7,332 nucleotides of DNA from a virus (lineage: Duplodnaviria > Heunggongvirae > Uroviricota > Caudoviricetes), in IMG/VR virus record IMGVR_UViG_2706794686_000014. One strand, 5' to 3'. A program made the translations under genes and the position numbers. Below are positions 6,432-7,332 of the stretch, piece by piece. Below the pieces are notes generated by a model, which was not told the DNA's origin, did no database searches, and worked only from the letters and a program-made list of their open reading frames with translations. Each line of letters begins with the position of its first letter. Position 1 is the first letter of the stretch.

Positions 6432-6484
6432 CTACGTGAATAAAGCAAAGTTAATACCCACACCAAAAATTATTTTTCACGTAG
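6432..6484. repeat. Inverted repeat with a long spacer in the intergenic region after the tape measure gene
   Basis: CTACGTGAA at 6432-6440 and TTCACGTAG at 6476-6484 are perfect 9-bp reverse complements, 35 nt apart. Confidence 0.4.
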
Positions 6485-6514
6485 CTCACGCTTAACAGAG
6501 AAAATACATATATA

Positions 6515-7320
<806 letters not shown>

Positions 7321-7332
7321 TTTGGCATCCAT

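Overview
The window reads as part of a tailed-phage or prophage genome from an AT-rich host with strong Shine-Dalgarno sites. Almost all credible genes are on the + strand, and several are translationally coupled through overlapping TAATG or TGATG stop/start junctions. From left to right: (1) a 5'-truncated lambda-O-like replication initiator with an embedded iteron array and AT-rich tract (candidate origin), running into a 254-nt N block; (2) a coupled HNH-type endonuclease; (3) a small membrane protein on the - strand, transcribed divergently from a three-gene operon of small proteins led by a ribbon-helix-helix-like protein; (4) a 101-aa unknown protein with a coupled 25-codon hydrophobic micro-ORF; (5) about 400 nt of non-coding DNA rich in palindromes, mutually exclusive stem-loops and a tandem 11-bp repeat; (6) a small gene almost entirely hidden by a 221-nt N block; (7) two unknown genes, then a 726-aa tail tape measure protein; (8) a structured intergenic region and a downstream tail-type gene split across two frames; (9) a 23-bp tandem repeat running off the 3' edge. 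No tRNA, rRNA, CRISPR array, integrase or transposase was found. All functional calls rest on motif recognition by eye; no database search was possible.
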